A DNA stretch of 64,000 bases, from positions 372,001 through 436,000 of the IMG/VR virus record IMGVR_UViG_3300046665_000548, one strand, 5' to 3'. The translations under genes were made by a program, and so were the position numbers. The notes beneath the pieces are model-generated. The model was not told where the DNA came from. It saw only the letters and a list, made by a program, of their open reading frames with translations, and ran no database searches. Below, piece after piece: positions 27,814 through 38,199 of the stretch (position 1 is the first letter of the stretch; each line of letters starts with the position of its first letter).

Positions 27814-29271
27814 TCAGAACATTCTTACGCCGTGAAGAGCTTGGAACCGTAGAGCATCATCCCAAGTATTCACCAATGGCTCGCCCTTGATGTTCAAGCT
27901 AGTATTCAACAGCATTGGGCATCCGGTAGCTTTATACCAATCCATCAGAAGGCCATAAAACATTGGGTTCTGATCCTCAGTGAGGGTCTGGACGCGGGCC
28001 GTGTTGTCGTAGTGTGATATGGCGGGAAACAGATCGGGTCTCCTCACGGGGGCTACGAACTGCATGTAAGGGCTCGTCGCGACGGGCATCTCAAAATAAT
28101 CGTTGGCGAACTGCTCTAGGATAATCGGAGCGAACGGCCGGAACGGTTCGCGCTTCTTGATCCGATTCACGCGATCTTTCGTCGCCGGGCCGCGAGGGTC
28201 GGTGAGGAGAGAACGATTCCCTAGCGCCCGAGGGCCGAATTCGGCCCGGCCATTGGCCACGCCTACGACCTCTCCCGCCAAAAGAGCCTCCAGGCAGCCC
28301 TGGCGGTCGAATGGGCGGGCTATGTCGTGGCCCAGGTACGCAGAGCGCCAGTTCAATTGCTGGCGCTGGTAGGCCGCCACAGCGCCAATGCTGGAGCCAG
28401 CGTCGCCAGGGTTTGGCATGATCCAGATATTCTGGAATGCTCCTCCGGTCGCGATGCGAGAATTCGCAACACAATTTAGCGCCACGCCGCCTGCCAGCAC
28501 GAGATTAGGCGAACCGGTTTGCAAGGAAGCCCAGTCGATGAGGCTGATGAGATATTCTTCGGTGACTTCCTGGATAGAGGCGGCGATGTTCGCGTTGTCG
28601 GTGATCTCTGGACGCCAATCCCGTATTCCGCGATGAACGTTTTGCTTCAGACGAAATTCCGGCAGCCGTGCCTTCTGAACGAAATCCTGGCGGATGATGT
28701 CCGCGTAGATGGGTTTGCCAAGTGCGGCCATACCCATCAGAATGTATTCTTCCTCGTTCGGTTTGAAGCCGATCCGTTGAGTAAAGGCGCTGTACAGAAG
28801 ACCGAGACTGTGGGGATAATTCTGAGACCAAAGCTCGGTTAGATCATCGCCCTCGCCGTGCCACATGCTGATGGTGTTCCATTCGCCAATCGCATCAATG
28901 ACGAGAACAATCGCGTCAGAAAATCCACTTGTGAAATAACCAGCCGCAGCATGGCTTTCGTGGTGGCCGACATATTTGACCGGCGCGGTAAGACCATGTT
29001 GCTTGAGATAGCTCGCGCCGTCCGTGCGCATCACGCTGTCATATTGACCCGCGTATAGCTTCCGAGTGCGCTTCAGAAACGGCCTCTCATACCAAACGAT
29101 GAGATCGGGTTCGCCATGGACGCGAGCAGCGCTGATCAGGTCTGGGTGAAGATGGGCATCGTTCTTGACACGACTGTATCGTTCAGAATGGGAAGCGAAC
29201 AGAATTTCCTGATCTTTGATAACGGCTAGGCTTGCGTCGTGCTCGTTAGCGCTTATGCCGTAGATGACCAT
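27814..29271 (-). CDS. O-carbamoyltransferase (NodU/CmcH family)
   Basis: HDAS, SERYSRVKND, HHESHAA, LAGGVALNCVAN, GRAEFGPRALGNRS, RPFAP, LLNTSLN. Confidence 0.93.
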   Translation of the reverse strand: MVIYGISANEHDASLAVIKDQEILFASHSERYSRVKNDAHLHPDLISAARVHGEPDLIVWYERPFLKRTRKLYAGQYDSVMRTDGASYLKQHGLTAPVKYVGHHESHAAAGYFTSGFSDAIVLVIDAIGEWNTISMWHGEGDDLTELWSQNYPHSLGLLYSAFTQRIGFKPNEEEYILMGMAALGKPIYADIIRQDFVQKARLPEFRLKQNVHRGIRDWRPEITDNANIAASIQEVTEEYLISLIDWASLQTGSPNLVLAGGVALNCVANSRIATGGAFQNIWIMPNPGDAGSSIGAVAAYQRQQLNWRSAYLGHDIARPFDRQGCLEALLAGEVVGVANGRAEFGPRALGNRSLLTDPRGPATKDRVNRIKKREPFRPFAPIILEQFANDYFEMPVATSPYMQFVAPVRRPDLFPAISHYDNTARVQTLTEDQNPMFYGLLMDWYKATGCPMLLNTSLNIKGEPLVNTWDDALRFQALHGVRMF

Positions 29272-30095
29272 TTCTTCTCCAGTGCATCCTTCGCCATATC
29301 GAACACAAACTTGGCGTAAGCCGCATGTGCTCTTGGGCCAGGATGCATCATATCTCTCCCATAATCTCCCTGGGCAATGAATGACGGAAAGCGGTCAACG
29401 ACCATGTTATCAGTCCTAACGTAATCATAGAGAAACGGTTCTATCTCGTTAATGGGCTGAAAATCTCCCCAAATCCACGGGATGCCTGCTCCTCGGAGAA
29501 CCAATTCGATGAATTGCCAGTTCATCACCCAATTGTAGAAATCATTAGCATCTGTCTGAAGAGTAATGAGTGCCTTCTGCTCGTTGACAAAGAAATTAGT
29601 TCGAAGGACGTTGGGGATTAAAGCAATTCGATGATGGTAGTTGTTATAGTATTGGCGGCGCTGCATGCCTGGGAACAATACCACGACGAGTTCGGGTTTG
29701 ATAATATCAACGGTTTGATAGACAACCTGTGCCATTGCATCGCTACCATAGCCGGGCAAACCCAAATTGTGTTGTTCAAATTCTACGTTAAAGTGCTTAG
29801 ACAACATATCGGTCACGATAGACGTGTACACGGACTCGTACGGAACACCAATTCCGGTCGTGAACGAACACCCAACAAACATAAGTTTTGGTTTAGAAGA
29901 TTTCGGATCGAATTCCATGGATCGGTAGCCTCGGCTATTCACAGTATAGCCGAAATCGGTTGGCTTATATAAGTTGCCTTTGGCCTTATAGGTCTCTTTG
30001 GCGTCGCTCGGCCACCATGTAATTGTCCTGCCATAATCGCGAACGTTACCGGCCATCGCCTCTGGTATCTGGTCTTTAATCCAGAAGCGGGTCAT
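29253..30095 (-). CDS. SGNH/GDSL-like hydrolase or acyltransferase
   Basis: VGCSFTTG (block I), NLGLPGYG (block II), DMMHPG (block V). Confidence 0.7.
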   Translation of the reverse strand: MTRFWIKDQIPEAMAGNVRDYGRTITWWPSDAKETYKAKGNLYKPTDFGYTVNSRGYRSMEFDPKSSKPKLMFVGCSFTTGIGVPYESVYTSIVTDMLSKHFNVEFEQHNLGLPGYGSDAMAQVVYQTVDIIKPELVVVLFPGMQRRQYYNNYHHRIALIPNVLRTNFFVNEQKALITLQTDANDFYNWVMNWQFIELVLRGAGIPWIWGDFQPINEIEPFLYDYVRTDNMVVDRFPSFIAQGDYGRDMMHPGPRAHAAYAKFVFDMAKDALEKKWSSTA

Positions 30096-30145
30096 ATTCT
30101 TGTTTACCGCAAGGTGATGCATGAGACTTCCGGTTAAGGGCCTAC

Positions 30146-31378
30146 TTATTTATTGCTGTCCAGTATGGCCCAAAATTCAGGAAACACAGCGGCGTAACTT
30201 TCCTTTCGGTATTTGTCATGCCGATCTACGGTCTGGAGAAACGAGTCTAGGAGATTTTTTCCTGGGGCGCGCAGCAGGCTAATAATGCCGTCAAGCGGCT
30301 CGAACAAAATCGAACACTCGTCCACGCTCATTCCAGAAAGCTTTACGGCAATCGCTTCTTTGACTGGTTGTGGTAGGTTCATGGCGGTCATGTTGTCTGG
30401 ATTGTAGAGCATGTTTACCCAAACCCGCACGTTGAGATCACGAAAATACTGGACGTACTCAGGCAGGTAAAAAATGTTCAAGCTCGATACGGTGAGACAC
30501 ACATGGACATCCTTCGGCCCCATGGTTTCCAGGAAACGCTTCATGTTTTGCTCAACTAGCGGCCACTTAGCCGGATATCTCTGGTATTCGAACTGTTCTC
30601 CTGTGCCATCGATAGAGAGCATGATGTCTACGCGCTTGAAATGCGGGAATAGGTTTTCGATGGCGTCTTCCGGATAGATCGTTCCGTTCGTGTTGTAGTG
30701 AACGGTCTGGTTCTTCGACCATCCGTTATCAACCGCGTGTCGTAGAAGCTCAAAATGACGTTGAATGAGAAACGGCTCTCCGCCGTAAATCTCAAAGTGC
30801 TCAATATGCGGAAGCCATTCTTCAAGATCAGTCCAAAATCGCGGATTGTGCTCGTGCCAATTCATGAGCATCTTGCGTTCAAGCGGGAAACTAGCCGTGG
30901 ACAAGTTCTTCGCCGCATTGGTGATCACGTCGCTGCCATAGATGTCGATGGTCTCTTTGATCCATTTCGAGGAAGAGCCAACCGAACAGATACGGCACTT
31001 GAGGTTGCAGAGATTTCCAAGCTTCAGGTCCAGGAAGATCGGCTGAAGCTCGTCCTCTGGGACACTCAGTACGGCTTCCACTTTATTCCACCAACGCTTG
31101 TTCTCTCGAATGCGCTTGGATGTCTTACCAGCGGCTTCTTCGCGCCAGCATGACGAACATGCGGGGTGCTTAGTTCCTGCTACGAGCGCGCCTCGGAGAT
31201 CACGAACTGACTTGGACTTCCATACGTCCGTCATGCTGTCGCGTGCCAGAGTGAACTTGGTGCCGTCTTCCTTCTCGAAGAAATGCGTGCTCATACAGCA
31301 GGGAGCCACAAACCCGTCAGCGCGAGCTTCCAGATGGATGAAAGGCAGGATGCAAAAGGTATCGCTTATAGTAGACAT
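30146..31378 (-). CDS. Radical SAM enzyme 1 (class A, N-terminal twitch/SPASM-like domain)
   Basis: FCILPF..CC..CSSC; CNLKCRIC; GGEP. Confidence 0.92.
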   Translation of the reverse strand: MSTISDTFCILPFIHLEARADGFVAPCCMSTHFFEKEDGTKFTLARDSMTDVWKSKSVRDLRGALVAGTKHPACSSCWREEAAGKTSKRIRENKRWWNKVEAVLSVPEDELQPIFLDLKLGNLCNLKCRICSVGSSSKWIKETIDIYGSDVITNAAKNLSTASFPLERKMLMNWHEHNPRFWTDLEEWLPHIEHFEIYGGEPFLIQRHFELLRHAVDNGWSKNQTVHYNTNGTIYPEDAIENLFPHFKRVDIMLSIDGTGEQFEYQRYPAKWPLVEQNMKRFLETMGPKDVHVCLTVSSLNIFYLPEYVQYFRDLNVRVWVNMLYNPDNMTAMNLPQPVKEAIAVKLSGMSVDECSILFEPLDGIISLLRAPGKNLLDSFLQTVDRHDKYRKESYAAVFPEFWAILDSNK

Positions 31379-32571
31379 GCAAGCTCCGGGAAGGTCGTGG
31401 CAAAATCTTCTCCACGAAGATCGTCCATTTGCTTAAGTTTGTACCGAAGACGACCCAGCCATTGCGGCTCATGGGGCTGGCGAAGGCTAGTGATCGCGCC
31501 CTCCCAGCGACTGAGGGCCATTTGGTTTCCACCAACACTCTTCAGCCAATCCATGTGATCTTCGTATAGCTCGATAGCCTTTTCGCGAAGATTGTCGGGA
31601 GCCACGGATGGACGGAAATATTCAGGATATGTTAGAGGATTGATGTTCCATTCACTCGGCTCTACTAGTCCTTCCTCTACCCACGTGCGGTGGAAGGCTG
31701 GCATGTCGAGAAAATTCAGCACGCTCAAAGTAAAGTTAACGTAGAAATTAACGTTCGGGCATACGCGCATCATCTCTTTGCGATTGGCAACGATCTGATC
31801 CCACTTCATACCTTTGCGAATGTATTCGCCCTTTTCGCCCATGCCGTCCAGTGATGCCCCGACAACCACATACTTGAACTGATTCCAAAGTTCGAACACC
31901 TTGAGGTCTTTGAAGGCGGTCTGCGACATATTAGTATTGTAGCTGAGGTGCACGTCGAAGCGACCTTGCGCGGCGAGCATTTTTAAAATGCGGTAGTGCT
32001 CTTCCATCATCAATGGTTCGCCCCCCGCAAAGTAAATTTTCTCCACGGTCGGCAGAAAGCTTTCAATTTCTCCCCAAAGTTTTTCCGGATCATCCGGCCG
32101 CAGGATACGCTTGCTCGGCTTGCGACCTGACGCCTTTGCGTCATCGAACCAATTAGAGGAAAGCTCTGGTCCGCAGGTGCGGCATCGAAAATTACAGATA
32201 TTACTGAAACGGATATCCAAGTACGGCATGTTGATGCGATCAACGGTGCCATCCTCTTTCGTTTCGGAAACGATCTCCAGGTGATGCTTGAACGATTCGT
32301 TGTGGTCAATGCGCAGAGAACGGAAACCAGATTGCTCCATCTCGTAGCAGCGCGAGCATTCATCGGACGCCTTGTCCGCCAGCATGTTCAAACGAATCTG
32401 CTTCAGCTTCGGACTGTTCCAAACGTCTGCGAGCCCAGTTTCTTTGCCGATCTTTGCTATCGGCTTCTGTGAGTCCTGAACGCAACACAAATACGTGTTG
32501 CCGTTTGGCCAAGCATGCAGATGAGTCCATGGGACGAGACAGAAATGTTTGTTAGATAGTATATCAGTCAT
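31366..32571 (-). CDS. Radical SAM enzyme 2 (class A)
   Basis: FCLVPW..CC..CSRC; CNFRCRTC; GGEP. Confidence 0.92.
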   Translation of the reverse strand: MTDILSNKHFCLVPWTHLHAWPNGNTYLCCVQDSQKPIAKIGKETGLADVWNSPKLKQIRLNMLADKASDECSRCYEMEQSGFRSLRIDHNESFKHHLEIVSETKEDGTVDRINMPYLDIRFSNICNFRCRTCGPELSSNWFDDAKASGRKPSKRILRPDDPEKLWGEIESFLPTVEKIYFAGGEPLMMEEHYRILKMLAAQGRFDVHLSYNTNMSQTAFKDLKVFELWNQFKYVVVGASLDGMGEKGEYIRKGMKWDQIVANRKEMMRVCPNVNFYVNFTLSVLNFLDMPAFHRTWVEEGLVEPSEWNINPLTYPEYFRPSVAPDNLREKAIELYEDHMDWLKSVGGNQMALSRWEGAITSLRQPHEPQWLGRLRYKLKQMDDLRGEDFATTFPELACLL

Positions 32572-33781
32572 TTAGACCCTTCAGAAGAGCATACAATTCT
32601 GGGAAAACATCTTCTGATTTCTCGCTGCGATTGGCATCGAGAGCGCCGTTGTATGTGATGCCACGGCGTAGAAGGTCGGGATTACTGGGGTTATTTAGTA
32701 GCTGGCTTTTGATGCTATTGAAATCATAATCCGCCAGCACTGGCTCCATCTTGGCCAACGCAGCCATTTTGATGCGCTCGGGTAAAATCCATGGAGCCAA
32801 ATATTCTGGATCGTAGATATAGTTGAAATGCACGTGGAGGCCACGACCATGCTTCATATACTGGTAATACTCGGGGACTGTGAGTAGGTTTTGCCATCCA
32901 ATGGTCTGATTGACCGACGTGTTGATCCACGTTTCTTTCTGAAGTCGATCTAGGTTGCGTTCAACGTCCGCCCATTTCGTGCCATATCTGAGAAGCGCGT
33001 TTCGTTCTCCGAGATCGTCAATCGAGCAGGAGATACGAACTTCCTTGAACGAACGCCACACCTCGAAGGCGCTCTCCGGAAGGTTGGTCATGTTGATGTT
33101 GTACCAGAGCACGACATCCTTGGCCTTGCCGGAGGCGCGCAGCCGCTCCAGGAACTCCCAGTGTTTCTTGATCAGCGTCGGCTCGCCACCGTTGATGTAG
33201 ATCAGTTCCAGGTGGGTGGAGTTCTCAAACAGATCATCCCAGAACAGGTCTTTCTCCGGCCAATCGAAACCGGTCAAGCCTTGGTATGATCGAACGAAAT
33301 CAAACTTTTGTTCGAGTTGCGCGTACTCGACCACCCACTTAGACGAAGAGGCGGGATTGCAGGAGCGACATTTGACGTTGCAGATATTACCAAGTCGTAA
33401 TTCCACAAAACGCAGTTTGGGTGCAATCCGTCCGTCGTTGTCCGTCTCTAGCGCAGCAACCTCGCGAGTTAGGTCCGCAAAATTTTCATTCTCGGCAAGC
33501 CTTTTAGATTTCACGCCATTCTCTTCCTCACGGAAGCAACGCATGCAAGCGAGCGGCTTTCGGCCGTCAAGCATCTGCTTTCGAACCTGCCGAAAGTAGT
33601 CGCTATTCATGATCTCATCTGTAGAGTTTTGGTTCAGGTTTAACCACTCAGTGCTTCCATCTTCACGAAAATTGCGAGATCGGTTGACGCCTTTGTCGTG
33701 ATTGCTCACGCAGCACAACGTGACGCCGCCGTGGGGATGACTGGCTAGATGCAACCATGGGAGAACGCAAAACGTGCTCAT
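32564..33781 (-). CDS. Radical SAM enzyme 3 (class A)
   Basis: Start MSTFCVLPW at 33781 (ATGA overlap); CNVKCRSC; GGEP. Confidence 0.92.
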   Translation of the reverse strand: MSTFCVLPWLHLASHPHGGVTLCCVSNHDKGVNRSRNFREDGSTEWLNLNQNSTDEIMNSDYFRQVRKQMLDGRKPLACMRCFREEENGVKSKRLAENENFADLTREVAALETDNDGRIAPKLRFVELRLGNICNVKCRSCNPASSSKWVVEYAQLEQKFDFVRSYQGLTGFDWPEKDLFWDDLFENSTHLELIYINGGEPTLIKKHWEFLERLRASGKAKDVVLWYNINMTNLPESAFEVWRSFKEVRISCSIDDLGERNALLRYGTKWADVERNLDRLQKETWINTSVNQTIGWQNLLTVPEYYQYMKHGRGLHVHFNYIYDPEYLAPWILPERIKMAALAKMEPVLADYDFNSIKSQLLNNPSNPDLLRRGITYNGALDANRSEKSEDVFPELYALLKGLND

Positions 33782-34977
33782 ACCCAATGATCTTCTATTA
33801 GTTTGTACATCTCCGGAAATGTAGCCGCAAAATCCTCTTTGCGATACGCATCGCCCTCTTTGATCTCTTTTACGGCTCGCTTCATGAGATATTCGTCGTA
33901 CTCGGAATTCTCCATATGGTTCATCAGGGGCGTGACCGCAGCTAGCGTTTGCTCTCTCCAAACCTTTGACCGGAGATGATTACAGATCACATCCTTTGCT
34001 GCTCTCGGTAGAATACTCACTTGATACCACGGCGGAAAGTAAACAAGATTGTGCCATACGGTGTCTTCGATACCGAGTGTATCAAGATACTCATGCAGTT
34101 CGTGGATATAGTAAATGTTGTGCAGCGACACGGTATGCGTGATGCCGAAGTCGAACTTCATGCGGTCGTCTAATGAGTTTCGGAGGTTCGTAAAATACTC
34201 CAAATTGGATGCAGCAAGGGACCAGTTGCCTGGATGTCGAAGGTACTCAAACCGCTTGCCGACACCATCAACGCTTAGGCCAATCGCCATCCCTGCGAAA
34301 TTATCGATAATGCGCTCGATCAGCTTTTCGGGGCGTTGAGTGCAATTTGAAGACATCCGGATGCGAACGTTCTTCGCGTATCCCTTGTCGATGAACTCAT
34401 CTAGTACAGTGGCGAACTCCTTCATGAAGAAGGGCTCGCCTCCCATGAACTCCAAAGATCGTACATGCGGCATCCACTCGTCGCGGGTGTTCCAGAAGGC
34501 GCTATCATTCGAGATTATCTTCTGGCTACCGATTGGATCGAAACTGATATTGCGATCAATTGCTTCTTTAATCCACTTAGACGATGCGTGTGGATGGCAT
34601 GTTCGGCACTTTAGATTGCAAGTATTATTCAGTATTAGCTGCCAGTCATCCGGAAGCCCAGGCTCGGCGTCATAGTCGATTACTCGTCCATGATCGTCAG
34701 CCATTTTATTGTAGATCATGCGCTTGGAAGTTTTACCGTTTGCTTCATCCGACCAGCAAATGTTGCACGTCTGTGGCTTCTCACCGTCGCGAAACTGTTT
34801 TCGAAGCTTCTTCATGTATGGGCCATGAAAGATTTCGTTCACAGAACTGGTCTGGAGTTTCAACGGAACGCCGTCATCTCCGGTAATTTTCTCAGACGCG
34901 ATACAGCAAGCCCGCAATATGCCATTCGCTTCATTAGCCAAATGCGTCCAAGGCAGAGAACAATAAGTTTTAGTCAT
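33778..34977 (-). CDS. Radical SAM enzyme 4 (class A)
   Basis: MTKTYCSLPW (TGATG overlap); CNLKCRTC; GGEP. Confidence 0.92.
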   Translation of the reverse strand: MTKTYCSLPWTHLANEANGILRACCIASEKITGDDGVPLKLQTSSVNEIFHGPYMKKLRKQFRDGEKPQTCNICWSDEANGKTSKRMIYNKMADDHGRVIDYDAEPGLPDDWQLILNNTCNLKCRTCHPHASSKWIKEAIDRNISFDPIGSQKIISNDSAFWNTRDEWMPHVRSLEFMGGEPFFMKEFATVLDEFIDKGYAKNVRIRMSSNCTQRPEKLIERIIDNFAGMAIGLSVDGVGKRFEYLRHPGNWSLAASNLEYFTNLRNSLDDRMKFDFGITHTVSLHNIYYIHELHEYLDTLGIEDTVWHNLVYFPPWYQVSILPRAAKDVICNHLRSKVWREQTLAAVTPLMNHMENSEYDEYLMKRAVKEIKEGDAYRKEDFAATFPEMYKLIEDHWV

Positions 34978-36359
34978 CAGTTTTTCATCCACCAGCGGAG
35001 CACATCCGGATAGGGTTCAAATATTTGTTCGATTGTAATGCGACCGTTCTGGCCATCGCCGCGATGCCGGGCGAGACGTTGCAGAAACTCGCGCCCCTTG
35101 TAAAACGCTTCTTCGTATCGATCTGGGAACTGTTCTTCGAACGTTGGGCGAGTGCGCATGTCTTGTAGTGTCGTCACCAAGGTCTGAGTACGGTGGTTGA
35201 CCTTTGGCTCCATGTAACAGAGCAGATCATCAAGAACGTCATCCAGCACTTTACGTGGTAGCGCGAAAGGCGAAACTAGCTTCTCCGGATCGAACGCGTA
35301 AACGATCTTCGTCAAGATATCGACATCTAGTTCGTTGGCTAGATCGAAGAACTCTTTCATGTGGAGGAGGCCCGGAAGGGTCAGCGTCAGATCAAGCTTC
35401 ATGCGATCACGCAACTCTGGGACCTCAAGTCCGGCCTTAAAGTTGACGAGCCATTCGTCCCAGTTCAACCCAGTGCGGATGTACTCACCGACGCGGCCCG
35501 TCGCGTCAATCGAGCAGCACATTAGGTAATTCTTATAGTGCGGAAGGATGTCCTTAAACAGGTTCACGCCCTTCCAATCGATCCTGGACAGGTTCGTGTT
35601 GTAGCGCGCGTAGACGTTCTTGGAGTGGCCGCTTTCTACCATGTGGTGCATAAGCTCCCAGTGCTTTTCCCACATCAGCGGTTCGCCCCCGACCCAGTAA
35701 AGCTCTTCCACGATCCCCTGCTTGCACGCATCCGCGAGTTCCACCTCGACCGTTCCGGTCTGGAACTCTTCAATCTGAGCCTTCATCTCCGGCACCATCC
35801 AGGGGTCATAGATCGGAGACCACTCGTCATGCTTGCGCTTCTCGGCTTCCCAAGAAGACGATAGTTGATGACCGCACATACGGCACTTAAAGTTACAGAG
35901 ATTGTTGATCCGATAGTCGAAGCTGATGACCGGCAAGCTGAGATGTCCGGTGTCATCTGTGGCCGCAAACACCTCATCTACCTTTTCGTGAAACAGGTGA
36001 TTAAACCAGTTACGGTAGACATCAATGTTCAGTATTCGGTCGTTGCAGACCATACACTCAGGAATAACCTCGCCCGCCATATGAGCAAGTCGAACCTTCT
36101 TCAAGGCATCGCTATTCCAATGTTCTTCAAGCGTCTTCGGAGCATACCCGGTTGATGTGTTTTCGCCAGACCCGCTGTCGATATACTGTCGGATGTAGCT
36201 TGCTTCTTCTCTCGACGCACAGCAAAGCCGCCGTTCGCTCTGAGGCGAGATATAAGTGTGGGTAAACGGAGCCATGCAGAACGTTTTGTTCGGAGAATCC
36301 TCCTTGAAACGACCACTGGTTTCAAAGAGGGGTCGGACGCGCTTCGGCTGATGAATCAT
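34977..36359 (-). CDS. Radical SAM enzyme 5 (class A)
   Basis: FCMAPF..CC..CMVC; CNFKCRMC; GGEP. Confidence 0.92.
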   Translation of the reverse strand: MIHQPKRVRPLFETSGRFKEDSPNKTFCMAPFTHTYISPQSERRLCCASREEASYIRQYIDSGSGENTSTGYAPKTLEEHWNSDALKKVRLAHMAGEVIPECMVCNDRILNIDVYRNWFNHLFHEKVDEVFAATDDTGHLSLPVISFDYRINNLCNFKCRMCGHQLSSSWEAEKRKHDEWSPIYDPWMVPEMKAQIEEFQTGTVEVELADACKQGIVEELYWVGGEPLMWEKHWELMHHMVESGHSKNVYARYNTNLSRIDWKGVNLFKDILPHYKNYLMCCSIDATGRVGEYIRTGLNWDEWLVNFKAGLEVPELRDRMKLDLTLTLPGLLHMKEFFDLANELDVDILTKIVYAFDPEKLVSPFALPRKVLDDVLDDLLCYMEPKVNHRTQTLVTTLQDMRTRPTFEEQFPDRYEEAFYKGREFLQRLARHRGDGQNGRITIEQIFEPYPDVLRWWMKN

Positions 36360-36445
36360 GAACTAGAGTTTACGGAAATCCCTTGACGAAAACCATTTGT
36401 TTGGTAACGATCAGGTATAGCGAATCACCTACGAAAAGCGACGCA

Positions 36446-36700
36446 ATGCCCGGTGAACCCCACAATACTAATGCACCGGAACAAGATTGGCAGCGCCCAC
36501 GTAACTGTCATTGCCTAACCACACAGCAACGCGCTTGCTGTTACGAGCAATGCGACCCTGAAGACGTGGGTCGCATCATGCGGAAGGGCGAAGGATTGAT
36601 GGTCTTCGGATATTCGCTCGTGGCTGTAGTCGCCATCACTATCGTGATGTTCGCAGTTAAATGTACGTTTGGATCAGGGTGCTTTGGGCAGTATCAATAG
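36446..36700 (+). CDS. Small Cys-rich membrane protein on the opposite strand within the rSAM array
   Basis: CHC..CC..C followed by a TM helix; TTGACG-N13-TGGTA promoter-like site at 36383. Confidence 0.45.
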   Translation: MPGEPHNTNAPEQDWQRPRNCHCLTTQQRACCYEQCDPEDVGRIMRKGEGLMVFGYSLVAVVAITIVMFAVKCTFGSGCFGQYQ

Positions 36701-36783
36701 ATGAACGGATCGCGCTTGCGTAGTTTACGCAACTTGTTCTTCAATTTGATCCAGTCGATGAAGCGTTGAAAGAGTGTAATCAT
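36694..36783 (-). CDS. 29-aa basic peptide MITLFQRFIDWIKLKNKLRKLRKRDPFIY
   Basis: Manually translated ATG 36783 to TGA 36694; TAAATA at 36789-36794, 5 nt upstream. Below the ORF-track size cutoff. Confidence 0.7.
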   Translation of the reverse strand: MITLFQRFIDWIKLKNKLRKLRKRDPFIY

Positions 36784-36798
36784 ACGACTATTTAGGCG

Positions 36799-38199
36799 TT
36801 AGATTACAGACCCGCTGATCAATTCCTGGCGAAAACCTAGATTGGTCGTCGGGATAGTATTGAGCCAATCCCTCATGGAAGGGAACACGTCGATACTCTT
36901 ACCTCGTCGTACGTCATACTGTGCGTGGAAGCTCTTAAAATCCTGTTGGAGCTTGCCCATTTCGTCCGCACCTGGATGAGGTGTCTTAACCGCGTCGAGA
37001 TAGTCTGCCAGCCGCTGGATATTCTCGATCTCGAAAGACGATACGAGAGGATTGTCCTTAAGCTGGGCGCAGAGCGTCACTAAAGTGTCACGACGTTCCG
37101 CCAGTACGGCTGGCGGAAGGACGAGCGGGCTCATGAAACTCGGAAAACGCACGATATTGGCGCTCCACCGTACGCGTTCGCTGCCAAACTGCCGCTTCCA
37201 CTCAATCATAACGTCCAGGAACTCAGGCAAACTGAACAGGGAGAGATTGTTGATGGTCATCATCATGGTTAGCTGCTTCACGTTGCCATGGGTCATGACC
37301 TTTTCGACGTTGGCCTTCCAGGTGTCGAAAATCATCCCGTCTCGGATGTACTCTGCTTGAGCGCCCATGGCTTCGTTGGACGAGAAGATTTGCAGGTCCG
37401 GGACGGCATGCGATTTTTCAATCAGCCGGTCGATCAGTTCTGGCTTCCCGCCCAGGTTGGTATTGATCGCAAATTGAACCCCATTGGTGCCGTTTTCCTC
37501 AAAGAAATCGAACAGCTTCCAAACGTCCACCGACATCAAAGGCTCACCGCCAGTGATGCGAAGCTGCTTCAGTGTTTTGGATAGTTCTGGCCACCACTTC
37601 CAGAATGCAGCGATATACGGGTTTCCTTCATTGCGTTTTCCGTACGGCTCGGCCCATGCTCCGTTGTGCTGGAACGCACCAGCGCCGTCACTAACGAGGT
37701 TCTGGTACGCGCCATGCGTGTTGATATCCTTGGCCCATGTAGTGGAGAACCCAGCGTTACAATACGAACATGCGAAGTTGCAGGTACGATTGAATGCGAT
37801 CTCAAGCGTCTCCAGATGCACGTCCGCATCCCATGGCATTTTGGCGATTTGGTCGATTGATGTTTGATCGTATCGGGAAGATTTGAAAGCTCGATCAGAA
37901 ACGTTGTTCCGATTAATCCCCTCAATTCGCCAGCAGTAGTCGCACTCAGAAGGCTGATGCCCGTCGAGCATCAGCTTGCGCATCTTTTTCTTGTGCACGG
38001 TGTTGTGAAGCGCTGACGGATTGACGGCGATCTCGTCTAGCTGAATCTTGTGTGCAGGCGGTAGGTGGCATGACGCGGTTGCGCCATGGCCGAGCCAGAT
38101 GGTTGAGTCGAGCCATTTTGTTGCACAGAACGACGGCGATACCGGATCGAGCACGCGAGCCTGATAGTCCTGCCAGGATTCGTCAGCCTTCTTTGTCAT
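36799..38199 (-). CDS. Radical SAM enzyme 6 (class B, FCxxKW N-terminus)
   Basis: FCATKW..SCH..ECDYCW; CNFACSYC; GGEP. Confidence 0.92.
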   Translation of the reverse strand: MTKKADESWQDYQARVLDPVSPSFCATKWLDSTIWLGHGATASCHLPPAHKIQLDEIAVNPSALHNTVHKKKMRKLMLDGHQPSECDYCWRIEGINRNNVSDRAFKSSRYDQTSIDQIAKMPWDADVHLETLEIAFNRTCNFACSYCNAGFSTTWAKDINTHGAYQNLVSDGAGAFQHNGAWAEPYGKRNEGNPYIAAFWKWWPELSKTLKQLRITGGEPLMSVDVWKLFDFFEENGTNGVQFAINTNLGGKPELIDRLIEKSHAVPDLQIFSSNEAMGAQAEYIRDGMIFDTWKANVEKVMTHGNVKQLTMMMTINNLSLFSLPEFLDVMIEWKRQFGSERVRWSANIVRFPSFMSPLVLPPAVLAERRDTLVTLCAQLKDNPLVSSFEIENIQRLADYLDAVKTPHPGADEMGKLQQDFKSFHAQYDVRRGKSIDVFPSMRDWLNTIPTTNLGFRQELISGSVI

